A DNA stretch of 37,141 nt, from positions 1-37,141 of IMG/VR virus record IMGVR_UViG_3300044740_000006. One strand, 5' to 3'. The DNA is from a virus. Lineage: Duplodnaviria; Caudoviricetes. Positions 17,314 to 25,202 of the stretch are shown here, piece after piece; within the stretch, counting starts at the first letter, position 1; every line of letters begins with the position of its first letter. A model generated the notes under the pieces. That model saw nothing but the letters and a program-made list of their open reading frames with translations, did not search any database and was not told the origin of the DNA. The position numbers and the translations under genes are program-made.

Positions 17314-18284
17314 GCATCACCCCGCAGACGATCGATAACCTTATCCATCAGCTTGGCGAAGCGTTCTTCCTCCAACAGCACGCCGATGTTCTGTTTCCAC
17401 GCAGGGTTGTTCGGATTAGCGCGATCACCCCGCATCCACTCATCCTGCGCGCACTCGCCGAAGTACGCCGTCCAAAATCCTTCCGGCGAATAGTCCCATC
17501 CCTGCTGTTGGCATACGGCCCTGGCCTGCTTATCCGCAGCTAGGATCCGCTTTTCACGTTTCGGCGTCACGACGTTGACGCGCTGACACCGGGGTAGCTC
17601 GCTATGGTAGGCGTGCAGGACTGCGGTCACGAGCTTGGACGGTTTACGGACCGTTGAGGTCCCCTTGCCAAGATCGTCACCGAGAAGATCGTGCCCGTTC
17701 GGAGCGCTGGGGGATATAGGGGGCTTAGCTCTTTCCTGTTCCTGTTCCTGTTCCTGTTCCTGTTCCTGTTCCTGTTCCTGATTAGGCGAAGCCTTAGCGG
17801 AAGTCTTCCATGAAGGCTTAGGCAAAGCCTTGTCGAAAGCCTTTAAGAAAGACTCCCCAAAATTGTTGCAAATGGTTGATCGCATTGACTTATGCGCTTT
17901 GGCCTTCAAATCGCACTCTGGCAGCACATCCCACTCATGACCCCAAGAAAGCACCACATTTGGACTCTCCGGAAGGTTGTGTTTTAGGGCATTTGGGAGC
18001 CACAAAACACGGGCTTCCCAATCGGCTTCAGCCATGCCTTCACGGAAGACTTCGGCGAAGGCTTGATCGAAGGCTTCCAGCTCCCATCCAAGTTCTTCGG
18101 CCATGCCTGCGCGGCCGGCCCGGAAAAGGCCGGGGATAGGGCTCGTATGCGGGCCAGTGATGAGGAACAGCCAAAGCCCTTTGCCAGACGGTGGAAGGCG
18201 GCTCAAGCGCCGGAACTTGTCATCACCCCATGTGCGAACTTCAACCTTGCGGTAACGGCCTTTCTTTTGCGGTCCATCAGCCAT
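17310..18284 (-). CDS. Phage replication initiator protein
   Basis: Upstream of dnaB; WGDDKFRRLS...LWLFLIT.PH N-terminal domain, (QE)8 linker, C-terminal helicase-loader-like domain; AGGAGGT RBS supports start at 18284. Confidence 0.8.
   Translation of the reverse strand: MADGPQKKGRYRKVEVRTWGDDKFRRLSRLPPSGKGLWLFLITGPHTSPIPGLFRAGRAGMAEELGWELEAFDQAFAEVFREGMAEADWEARVLWLPNALKHNLPESPNVVLSWGHEWDVLPECDLKAKAHKSMRSTICNNFGESFLKAFDKALPKPSWKTSAKASPNQEQEQEQEQEQEQEQERAKPPISPSAPNGHDLLGDDLGKGTSTVRKPSKLVTAVLHAYHSELPRCQRVNVVTPKREKRILAADKQARAVCQQQGWDYSPEGFWTAYFGECAQDEWMRGDRANPNNPAWKQNIGVLLEEERFAKLMDKVIDRLRGDA
17733..17780. repeat. (TTCCTG)8 perfect hexamer repeat encoding (QE)8
   Basis: Read directly. Confidence 0.95.
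17782..17846. repeat. 12-bp-period iteron-like repeats (candidate origin)
   Basis: Minus strand AAGGCTTTCGAC AAGGCTTTGCCT AAGCCTTCATGG AAGACTTCCGCT AAGGCTTCGCCT inside the initiator gene. Confidence 0.6.
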
Positions 18285-18873
18285 GGGCGCACCTCCTGGC
18301 CAATTCCACCAACCACTCAGCAAATGCTTGCGGAGTGTGCTCGCGCTCAGCTTTGCTTACCTCAGGGCGCCAACCTACCATTCCCTTGCGGAGTCGGATT
18401 CCATCCTTTCGTTTAACTCTGGATTGCGCAATGACGTGCGTTCCTTCACCTAAGGTCATGGGAATTGGGGGAAATTCAGAAGGATGAAGGCCGACCACGT
18501 ACAACCAAGTGAGCTTCGTAGCGCGATGCCCCCACCAATGCTGGGAAACAGCGAAAGTAAAGCCACCGTGGACATCAAAATGACCTGGCTTAGGCATATC
18601 ACATACTTTCCACAGCTTCGAGTGGGAGGGATGTTCAAGCACACCGCCACACTTCCGAACCACATGGACGGCCCATATACCCAATTCCTTTTCCCCTCGA
18701 ATTGGCTTCGCAAAGTAATAGAGCTTTCCCCAACCTCGGCATGGGGGATGGGCTACGACTGGAACGCCTCCGCGAAAAGACCGCGCATTCCGATCAAAGT
18801 CATACACGTCACACCCCGCCAACGTCTTGTAAACGCTGTCTCGTCGAGCAAAAAGGATGGCAACGGATTGCAC
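18277..18873 (-). CDS. Short DNA cytosine methyltransferase-like protein
   Basis: AHPPC catalytic motif, VLEHP motif VI-like, K.TWL; canonical FxGxG motif I is degenerate (LFARRDS). Confidence 0.6.
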   Translation of the reverse strand: MQSVAILFARRDSVYKTLAGCDVYDFDRNARSFRGGVPVVAHPPCRGWGKLYYFAKPIRGEKELGIWAVHVVRKCGGVLEHPSHSKLWKVCDMPKPGHFDVHGGFTFAVSQHWWGHRATKLTWLYVVGLHPSEFPPIPMTLGEGTHVIAQSRVKRKDGIRLRKGMVGWRPEVSKAEREHTPQAFAEWLVELARRCAHG

Positions 18874-18905
18874 AGAAGTCCCCTGATTTGTGATCCCTGA
18901 GAAGG

Positions 18906-18968
18906 TGGCATCCCCCGGCCGCAGGGTCGGTTTTCGCCGCAGGGATCAGCTACGGCTAGGGGGTGCCA
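18906..18968 (-). ncRNA. C4 antisense / P4 CI-like structured RNA
   Basis: Nested stems UGGCA-CCCC/GGGG-UGCCA and GCCGUAG/CUGCGGC, apical CGG-CGAAAA-CCG hairpin, unpaired UGAUCCCUG complementary to downstream CAGGGAUCA (18891-18899). Confidence 0.65.
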
Positions 18969-18980
18969 GGTAAAAGGGTA

Positions 18981-19139
18981 TCAGGCAGCAGTATCGACGA
19001 TGACGCCAGGCAAGAACTGGGCGTCTTCCATCATCTGCTCGTACTTGCGCTTAGCCAGGGCCTCGCGGATGCGCTCGACCATCTGAGGCTCGGCGGGAAC
19101 ATAGGGAATTTCGTGGGAATCCGTGGGCGCAGTGTTCAT
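18981..19139 (-). CDS. small hypothetical protein, 52 aa (MNTAPTDSHEIPYVP...)
   Basis: Translated by hand; ATGA overlap with cro stop; GGAG upstream. Confidence 0.55.
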   Translation of the reverse strand: MNTAPTDSHEIPYVPAEPQMVERIREALAKRKYEQMMEDAQFLPGVIVDTAA

Positions 19140-19345
19140 GCAGCTTTCTCCGGCCTGGGCGGTTTGCGGCGCGAATTGGCAAGATTGACCAGCTTCTGGC
19201 CGATGACGAACGATGGATTCATCGCGCCGGCCTCAATCTTGCTGATGGTTCCTTTGGCGACCCCAATATCGGCGGCGATCTGGATGCGTTTCCAGCCGCG
19301 CTCAACGAGGCGTGCAATAGCGATCTGAGGCGTTAGGTTTGTCAT
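19136..19345 (-). CDS. Cro-like XRE helix-turn-helix regulator
   Basis: IQIAADIGVAKGTISKIEAG..NPSF..G..L; 69 aa, no peptidase domain. Confidence 0.85.
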   Translation of the reverse strand: MTNLTPQIAIARLVERGWKRIQIAADIGVAKGTISKIEAGAMNPSFVIGQKLVNLANSRRKPPRPEKAA

Positions 19346-19352
19346 GGGGCGG

Positions 19353-19382
19353 AATATAGGTTTCCTACCCGATTCTTGTCAA
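19353..19382 (-). promoter_or_regulatory. Leftward sigma70 promoter for cro-replication operon (probably leaderless)
   Basis: TTGACA-18 bp-TATATT, 7 nt before cro ATG; no SD. Confidence 0.7.
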
Positions 19383-19429
19383 GCGACAAAAAGTTTCCTG
19401 TAGGGTATTGACAAGATGGTTTCCTATCG
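19357..19429. promoter_or_regulatory. Three GTTTCCT operator-like boxes
   Basis: TAGGTTTCCTA (19357), AAGTTTCCTG (19391), GATGGTTTCCTATC (19415); two lie within promoter spacers. Confidence 0.6.
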
Positions 19430-19436
19430 CTAACTT
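19408..19436 (+). promoter_or_regulatory. Rightward early sigma70 promoter
   Basis: TTGACA-17 bp-TAACTT. Confidence 0.75.
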
Positions 19437-19483
19437 TTGCTCATCGCCAACGGCCACGAACGGCCAACATTGAGGAAACAAAC

Positions 19484-20224
19484 ATGAACGATTTCGCTGT
19501 CTCTGAATCACTGGCCCGCAAAGTGCTGGAAACCGTTGACGCTGGATTGAGTTACGGACTGGGCGAACCCGTGCCAGGAAAAATGTGCGTAGAAGCCGCT
19601 GTGTGCTACGCCATGGGCCTTCCGCATTCTGATCGGCCAACATGCGTCGGCGAAGCCGTTCGCCGCTTCAAAATTAGGCTAAATGACTCTAGATGGTCAT
19701 CCAGAACCGCTCGCGCTAACGGGATGCGAAAACTGGCAATCGCGCAGCTAGGTAGTAACTCGATCAACCAAAGGGCATTTGCCCACATCGTTACAGAACA
19801 AACAATCCGCCAGATTATTCCCATCGCGCTTCGTTCTGCGGCCAAGTGTGTTCCGAGCCATGCCGAAGCGCTGGAGAGAGCAGCTAAATGGTGCGAGCAG
19901 GAAGGGACCGAAGAGGCGACAAGAAATGCTCGTGATGTAGCAAGAGCTGCCGACGACGCCGACGACGCATGCGCAGCCACATACGCCGCTGTGCGCGCAG
20001 TCGCATTCGCCGATGAAGCCAAAACCAAAGCCAAAGACGGATGCGACCTCGCAGCCGCCGACGCAGTCGCCGAGGCCGCATCCTTATCGGCCGAGGCCGC
20101 ATACGCATACGCATCCCGCGATGACGTTCTCAATAAGACCGCCGAAATCGGCTTGCAGGCGCTTATCGAACTCAATTCACCGGGTTGTGAGTACTTGTTT
20201 CTGACTGATGTTAAAGTCGCATAA
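19484..20224 (+). CDS. Ala-rich hypothetical protein, first early gene
   Basis: GAGGA RBS; MCVEAAVCYAMGLPHSDRPTCV...IRLND N-terminal domain, Ala-rich helical C-terminus. Confidence 0.75.
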   Translation: MNDFAVSESLARKVLETVDAGLSYGLGEPVPGKMCVEAAVCYAMGLPHSDRPTCVGEAVRRFKIRLNDSRWSSRTARANGMRKLAIAQLGSNSINQRAFAHIVTEQTIRQIIPIALRSAAKCVPSHAEALERAAKWCEQEGTEEATRNARDVARAADDADDACAATYAAVRAVAFADEAKTKAKDGCDLAAADAVAEAASLSAEAAYAYASRDDVLNKTAEIGLQALIELNSPGCEYLFLTDVKVA

Positions 20225-20263
20225 CCATCCACGGCCACGGACGGCCAGCATTGAGACGATGCC

Positions 20264-20515
20264 ATGCGCCATAAACAGAAAATCGAAGTTACGAAGCTAA
20301 GCGAGTCATCAGTGTGTACGCGCTGGTTGATCAAATTCCCATCCGCGCCGACCAAACAAGGCGGTAGCTGGTATGCGAAAACCTACCCGAACAGCGATCA
20401 CGTTTTCGTCGAGACCGCTGCAACTGGGCGCGCATCTAAAAACCGCCGCGTGGCTGATGCTGTACGCGCACGCATTGCAGAACTGAATTCCACCGTCACA
20501 GACGGCCAGCATTGA
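20264..20515 (+). CDS. hypothetical protein
   Basis: 83 aa ORF lying exactly between two direct repeats. Confidence 0.6.
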   Translation: MRHKQKIEVTKLSESSVCTRWLIKFPSAPTKQGGSWYAKTYPNSDHVFVETAATGRASKNRRVADAVRARIAELNSTVTDGQH

Positions 20516-20519
20516 GGAA

Positions 20520-20966
20520 ATGAAGATGGTCCGCGCTTTTAATGGTGATTTCGTAAATGACACGCGAGTCACGCCTGTTCCAGAAACTGGATGCTGGCTC
20601 TGGACTGGACCATGGAACCATCGTGGGTATGGTGTGGCAGGACATCATGGAAAGTCGTGGCAAGCGCATAGGCTTTCATGGACGCTTGCAAATGGTCCAA
20701 TTCCACATGGTCTGTTAGTGTGCCACAAATGCGATACCCCTGCGTGTGTGAACCCCAATCACCTTTTTCTTGGAACACCACGCGAAAACAGTTTGGATAT
20801 GACAGCTAAGGGAAGACACCAGGAGCAAAAACGTACACATTGTGCGCAAGGTCATTTGCTTACTGGCAAAAATGTACGATTAAATGGAAGAGGAGAGCGC
20901 GTCTGTATTACATGCGCAAGGAATGCCAGTAAAGCAGCCAGACAACGCAGGAAAGCTCTATATTGA
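20520..20966 (+). CDS. HNH homing endonuclease
   Basis: CWLWTG...GYG...AHRLSW...[20 protein letters not shown]; C-terminal THCAQGH...C..C. Confidence 0.9.
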   Translation: MKMVRAFNGDFVNDTRVTPVPETGCWLWTGPWNHRGYGVAGHHGKSWQAHRLSWTLANGPIPHGLLVCHKCDTPACVNPNHLFLGTPRENSLDMTAKGRHQEQKRTHCAQGHLLTGKNVRLNGRGERVCITCARNASKAARQRRKALY

Positions 20967-21049
20967 TTTTCCACCCATGCCGCTACCTGTTACCTGGTGG
21001 CGGTATGTGCGGGCGATCCGCTCGATCCACAACTCACTAAGGAAATCAG

Positions 21050-21409
21050 ATGGATATCAACTCTCTCACGATCGGTCAGGCTCGCGAATTGGCTGCACTG
21101 TTCGGTAATGTGGCCGCATCGAAGCCTTCACCTTTCATCGGTAAGTATGTCATCGTCCGCACCTATTCCGCTGGCGTGCATGCTGGTGAATTGGTCAGCC
21201 AGGATGGCGATATCGTCGTGCTCAAGGATTCACGCCGATTGTGGAAATGGAAGGCCACGCAGGGTGTGGCACTTTCCGGCGTAGCGGTGCATGGCATCCA
21301 TCGCCACGAAAGCAAAGTAGACGTCATTGTTCCGGAACATATGTTGCTCGGAACAATTGAGGTCATTCCCACTTCTGACAACGCGAAGGAATCCATCCAT
21401 GGCGCTTAA
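21050..21409 (+). CDS. DUF6948-like phage protein
   Basis: IGKYVIVRTYSAGVHAGEL...LKDSRRLWKW...ALSGVA..G...EVIP. Confidence 0.7.
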   Translation: MDINSLTIGQARELAALFGNVAASKPSPFIGKYVIVRTYSAGVHAGELVSQDGDIVVLKDSRRLWKWKATQGVALSGVAVHGIHRHESKVDVIVPEHMLLGTIEVIPTSDNAKESIHGA

Positions 21410-21674
21410 TCGAAAAATGATCGGTAGTCCTCATCGGACTTTGATCGGGTCCGGGTACGGGTCCGGGGACGGGTCCGGGTCCGGGTCCGGGTCCGGGGAC
21501 GGGTCCGGGGACGGGTACGGGTCCGGGGACGGGTACGGGTCCGGGTCCGGGTCCGGGTCCGGGGACGGGTCCGGGTCCGGGTCCGGGGACGGGTCCGGGT
21601 CCGGGTCCGGGTACGGGTACGGGTCCGGGTACGGGTCCGGGTACGGGTACGGGTCCGGGTACGGGTCCGGCTGA
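21399..21674 (+). CDS. Gly-X (X=S/Y/D) repeat protein, 91 aa
   Basis: AAGGA RBS before ATG at 21399; overlaps DUF6948-like stop; same strand as operon. Confidence 0.65.
   Translation: MALNRKMIGSPHRTLIGSGYGSGDGSGSGSGSGDGSGDGYGSGDGYGSGSGSGSGDGSGSGSGDGSGSGSGYGYGSGYGSGYGYGSGYGSG
21447..21668. repeat. 37 tandem hexamers GGG-TCC/TAC/GAC
   Basis: Read directly. Confidence 0.95.
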
Positions 21675-21745
21675 TTGCCAGCCATAGACCTTCGAATGGA
21701 GGTCTATCACGGGCAATCCGTCTCGAAGCGCAACCGAGAGATACC

Positions 21746-22153
21746 ATGAGCAATGAACACGTACATCCGACCATGCAGCAAGCACTTGGTACCTTGGCCG
21801 GGGCTTGTGCAGCTCACAACGCATCGAAGGCAGTCAGCGCATTGGACCAGGCGCGCGAGATCATCGCTACTGACAAGAAGCGCATCCGGGAGCTTGAATC
21901 AGCGAACGCCAATCTTCGTGCGCACGTGCGGCATCTCAACTCGATCATCGACGACATAGCACCTACTGACTACGCAATGGTTTTGGAAGGCGACATTGAA
22001 GAGACGCCGATTCCGCAGGAAGTGATGATTCCTTCGATGATCGAGCTTATGCGCGACATCGATGTGCGGCTGAAACTCGAAAAGATCGTGGAGCGCAAGT
22101 ACATGCAGTACGTGCGGCGCTTGAACGATGATGCGAAAAGGGGAGAAGAATGA
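21746..22153 (+). CDS. hypothetical coiled-coil protein
   Basis: HVHPTMQQAL N-terminus, heptad region. Confidence 0.65.
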   Translation: MSNEHVHPTMQQALGTLAGACAAHNASKAVSALDQAREIIATDKKRIRELESANANLRAHVRHLNSIIDDIAPTDYAMVLEGDIEETPIPQEVMIPSMIELMRDIDVRLKLEKIVERKYMQYVRRLNDDAKRGEE

Positions 22154-22326
22154 TGCCTAATTGGTATGAACGGGCCGAACAAGAGCTTGAGCGCGATTTG
22201 GAAGAAGGTCGCATGACACTCAAGGAATTCAACAAGGCCATGCGTGAATTACGCATGGAACTTGAAGAGAGTGCTGCACGCGCTTCTCAGGAAGCCTATG
22301 ACAGGGAGATGTATCGTGGTTGGTAA
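22150..22326 (+). CDS. small acidic helical protein, 58 aa (MMPNWYERAEQELERDLEEG...)
   Basis: Translated by hand; ATGA overlap, GGGAG RBS. Confidence 0.6.
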   Translation: MMPNWYERAEQELERDLEEGRMTLKEFNKAMRELRMELEESAARASQEAYDREMYRGW

Positions 22327-22444
22327 TCTTCGTCGCTACCTCAACCGCAAGACCGTCACGGATCGCTGCGAGCAGCTAGCCATCTTCGCGATGGGCATGA
22401 TTGTTGGCATCGGCCTTTGCATCTGCTTGGTGCTAATCCCATGA
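22317..22444 (+). CDS. small membrane protein
   Basis: GTG start after GGGAG; C-terminal hydrophobic helix LAIFAMGMIVGIGLCICLVLIP. Confidence 0.45.
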
Positions 22445-22665
22445 TCGCCATTACCTGCACTCCTTGGGACCATCGAGAGATGGCTGGGCAGCATTGTCCG
22501 GAATGCAACTCAGATATAGATGATTATGGCAACACTGAAGCAATGTTCAATTACTGCTGCTTTCCGGATTGCGGATGCGATGGAGCAAGGCTATGCATGG
22601 CTCCGGATGGACCAAGTGGAGCATCTCTAACTCTCAATATTGAGAAAGGAACTTTAATAAAATGA
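22441..22665 (+). CDS. Cys-rich hypothetical protein
   Basis: ATGA overlap; CPEC...YCCFPDCGCDGARLC. Confidence 0.55.
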   Translation: MIAITCTPWDHREMAGQHCPECNSDIDDYGNTEAMFNYCCFPDCGCDGARLCMAPDGPSGASLTLNIEKGTLIK

Positions 22666-22794
22666 CCCCCGAGCCGCCCGACAACTGGACGCAGATCGGC
22701 AAGTTCTTCGGCTGGTTGACCCTGATCGATATTGTTGTTGTCGCCGGACTGGCTATCGCATTTCATCATCACAATCTCTCTGCGTGAGACGGAC

Positions 22795-22944
22795 ATGTGC
22801 GAACTTAGCGATGAAGAACTAATCAAGAACCTTGAAGAACTTTTGAGGGCGAGGCGCGAAAAGGTGCATAACAATGGCCCTGCCCGCTGGATGGCAACTG
22901 AGTGGAGGCATGCACGTGAGCAACGTAAAGAAACTGAACGATAA
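22795..22944 (+). CDS. small hypothetical protein
   Basis: MCELSDEELIKNLEELL...; fills gap before ERF gene. Confidence 0.4.
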   Translation: MCELSDEELIKNLEELLRARREKVHNNGPARWMATEWRHAREQRKETER

Positions 22945-23731
22945 GCAGGATCTGGCGCCTGCATCCCTGACGCCTGTCGATCTTCTGCGAATCGCCCTGG
23001 AAAAAGGGGCAGATATCGCGCAGCTTGAAAAGCTGATGGATCTTCAGGAGCGATGGGAACGCAATGAAGCCAAGAAGGCGTTCATTGCCGCTATGGCGGC
23101 GTTCAAGGCAGAGTCACCGGATATCTACAAGCGCAAGCTGGTCGAATTCCAAACCCGTTCTGGCGACTGGACGCGCTACAATCACGCCGAGCTGTCTGAC
23201 GTCACGGACGCGATTGATCCGGTTCTTGGAAAGCATGGTCTTTCCTATGATTGGACTATTCATCAGGATGGCGCAAAGATCACCGTAACATGCATTCTTA
23301 CCCATGCGCGCGGCCATTCTAAAGAAGTCGCCATGTCAGGTCCTGCCGACAATAGCGGCCTCAAGAACTCCATACAGCAGGCCGCATCAACGGTAACGTA
23401 TCTTGAGCGGTATACGCTTCTTGCTGTGATCGGAAAGGCTACTAAGGGCATGGATGATGACGGGCTAGGATCTGGCGATCCTGAGCCAGAACAGCCGCCA
23501 GCAGGGCGCCCCACTGATGGCGTATGGTCCCAGGCTGAAGCTGTAGGATTCGCCAGGGAAGCCTTGCAGGAAATGGCTATGACTGCCATTGAGTACTGGC
23601 AAGATGAGGATGTGCAAGGCGCGCATGAATATCTGGAGAGACTTGGCTTGCCGCCAGAGGCCAAGATGGCCCTGTGGACACTGTTTGATAGCAAGTTCCG
23701 TTCAGCCCTGAAGAAGCATGGCGCGAAATGA
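22916..23731 (+). CDS. erf: ERF-family single-strand annealing recombinase
   Basis: AFIAAMAAFK, YNHAELSDV..AIDPVLGKHGL, VTCILTHARGH, QQAASTVTYLERYTL, DDDG; GGAGG RBS before GTG at 22916. Confidence 0.88.
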   Translation: MSNVKKLNDKQDLAPASLTPVDLLRIALEKGADIAQLEKLMDLQERWERNEAKKAFIAAMAAFKAESPDIYKRKLVEFQTRSGDWTRYNHAELSDVTDAIDPVLGKHGLSYDWTIHQDGAKITVTCILTHARGHSKEVAMSGPADNSGLKNSIQQAASTVTYLERYTLLAVIGKATKGMDDDGLGSGDPEPEQPPAGRPTDGVWSQAEAVGFAREALQEMAMTAIEYWQDEDVQGAHEYLERLGLPPEAKMALWTLFDSKFRSALKKHGAK

Positions 23732-24123
23732 ACGCATGGAAAGAGCGTGGTTCCGAACCGATGACGCGCGCACAGCAGAAATTGCTGAATGCCGCGTGCG
23801 GCGATCTTGAACAGCTAAATTGGCATGGATTTCGCTTCTCAAAAGAGGATTGGAGGCACTTTCTATCTGGCGTAATTCTTGGCTGTAGGATTGTGCCTAG
23901 CGTTGATATGGGTGAAGGCCCTCCCGGCTTCATACATATGTCCAGGTCTAGCCTTGAGCTAACAAAGAGCAATGCTACGGATGCAATCACCATGGCTTTC
24001 TACATAGGCGACGATCCGGCATCCCAAAATCTCGATTGCAAGCCGGTAGAATGGTGCCATAAGGTCAAGCTTGCACGTGGAATCAGCGAATCAGATGATG
24101 AATTGGCGGAGCGCTACAAGTGA
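23728..24123 (+). CDS. NinB/Orf-like recombination accessory protein
   Basis: TRAQQKLLNAACGDL..Q..WHG..SKEDWRH...SRSSLELTK. Confidence 0.7.
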   Translation: MNAWKERGSEPMTRAQQKLLNAACGDLEQLNWHGFRFSKEDWRHFLSGVILGCRIVPSVDMGEGPPGFIHMSRSSLELTKSNATDAITMAFYIGDDPASQNLDCKPVEWCHKVKLARGISESDDELAERYK

Positions 24124-24392
24124 CCACCAGGGCCGAGAAGGCATACATGGATCGTGTTGCTAGGCTTCCCTGCGCTATCTGTGGCGTTTACGGCGTCCAG
24201 CTACATCATGCCAGGGAAGGACAAGGCTTGTCACAACGCGCCGAGAACTGGCTAGTTATACCGCTATGTGAGGCGTGCCATACTGGTCCTCGCGGTATCC
24301 ATGGAGATAGGTCCATGTGGAAGATAAAGAAATGGGACGAAATGGATGCACTCGCTGATACCATCAAGTCTGTATGGATAAACAAGGGTTAA
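24120..24392 (+). CDS. Ref/DUF968-like HNH-fold nuclease
   Basis: YMDRVARLPCAICG...QLHH...VIPLCEACH....GIH. Confidence 0.75.
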   Translation: MTTRAEKAYMDRVARLPCAICGVYGVQLHHAREGQGLSQRAENWLVIPLCEACHTGPRGIHGDRSMWKIKKWDEMDALADTIKSVWINKG

Positions 24393-24419
24393 TGACGAAT
24401 TGGCTAGGAGGTTTTCAGC

Positions 24420-24704
24420 ATGAGTAAGCATACGAAAGGACCATGGTCAGTCCATCAAGTTCCGGGGCGCCCAGAAACATATGGACATCACGTAACCTCT
24501 GATGGTCAGACTGTCTGCGCTGTGACGTATCAGTTGCCGGACAAGAATGGCGAAACCGAACGTATTGCCAACGCCCGCCTCATAGCCGCTGCGCCTGATC
24601 TTTTGTATGCGCTCAAATATGCCCGAAGATTCCTGCGCAAAGAAGACCACGATACAGACTACGTAGATGCAGCCATCGCCAAGGCCACCGGAGAAACCCA
24701 ATGA
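24420..24704 (+). CDS. conserved phage hypothetical protein
   Basis: MSKHTKGPW...ANARLIAAAPDLL..L...AAIAKATG. Confidence 0.8.
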   Translation: MSKHTKGPWSVHQVPGRPETYGHHVTSDGQTVCAVTYQLPDKNGETERIANARLIAAAPDLLYALKYARRFLRKEDHDTDYVDAAIAKATGETQ

Positions 24705-25009
24705 CCACATCCGAGAATGAGTGCAGGGAAGCGTTTGAGAAGTGGGCGGATGAAACGGGTGAATACGCGAATGGCAGCGCTGGCGACGCATGGCGTGGCT
24801 GGCAAGCCGCATGGAACGCCAGATCACGGGATGTGGAAATAAAGGCTATTCGAGATTCATTCAAGAACCTTGCTTCCGTCATTTTGGATATAGGTTCAGG
24901 CAATTACTACAAGTCACATGGAATAGATGTACGCGTAGAGCCGTGGCTAAGCCTAGCGATTTATGCAAGCGATGTGCATGAAGCCATCGATGCCGCCATG
25001 TCCAAGTGA
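24701..25009 (+). CDS. hypothetical protein
   Basis: REAFEKWA...AWRGWQAA motif; ATGA overlap. Confidence 0.7.
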   Translation: MTTSENECREAFEKWADETGEYANGSAGDAWRGWQAAWNARSRDVEIKAIRDSFKNLASVILDIGSGNYYKSHGIDVRVEPWLSLAIYASDVHEAIDAAMSK

Positions 25010-25024
25010 CGGAGGGAGGAAGGT

Positions 25025-25201
25025 ATGAATGCAGAACGTTTAGAGATTGCAGCAAGAATCATGCAGGGCTTTTGTGCCAATCCTAGTGTATTTGCATATA
25101 ACAGTCAATGTGGCTGGGGATTGGTCAATATGGAAACGCCGCAGCTAGCACTTCTTTGCTTACAAATGGCCGATGAACTCTTGGCGCAAGCTGGAGCATG
25201 A
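25025..25201 (+). CDS. small phage protein, 58 aa (MNAERLEIAARIMQGFCANP...MADELL)
   Basis: Translated by hand; GGAGGGAGG RBS; AA..MQG...AD.LL motif. Confidence 0.65.
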   Translation: MNAERLEIAARIMQGFCANPSVFAYNSQCGWGLVNMETPQLALLCLQMADELLAQAGA

Positions 25202-25202
25202 C

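Larger units (their letters stand above)
19450..20517 (+). repeat. Three ~25-bp direct repeats (core ACGGCCARCATTGAG) at 19450, 20231 and 20492, each just before a start codon
   Basis: acggccacgaacggccaacattgag / acggccacggacggccagcattgag / accgtcacagacggccagcattgag. Confidence 0.85.

Noticed and set aside
18906-18968. tRNA call for the structured element
   Set aside because: No D/T-loop consensus or cloverleaf; nested stems fit a C4-like RNA better. No tRNA genes recognised in the window
19606-20355. 249-aa minus-strand Ala/Ser-rich ORF
   Set aside because: Antisense mirror of the Ala-rich gene
20520-20966. Intron or intein associated with the HNH gene
   Set aside because: Free-standing with its own RBS; no interrupted host gene on either side
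19450-21668. CRISPR array or DGR interpretation of the repeats
   Set aside because: No repeat-spacer periodicity, no cas or reverse transcriptase gene, no template/variable repeat pair
21363-21824. Minus-strand PG/PV, RT and PD/PY repeat ORFs
   Set aside because: Shadow frames of the stop-free hexamer tract; the plus-strand Gly-X frame has the RBS and operon orientation
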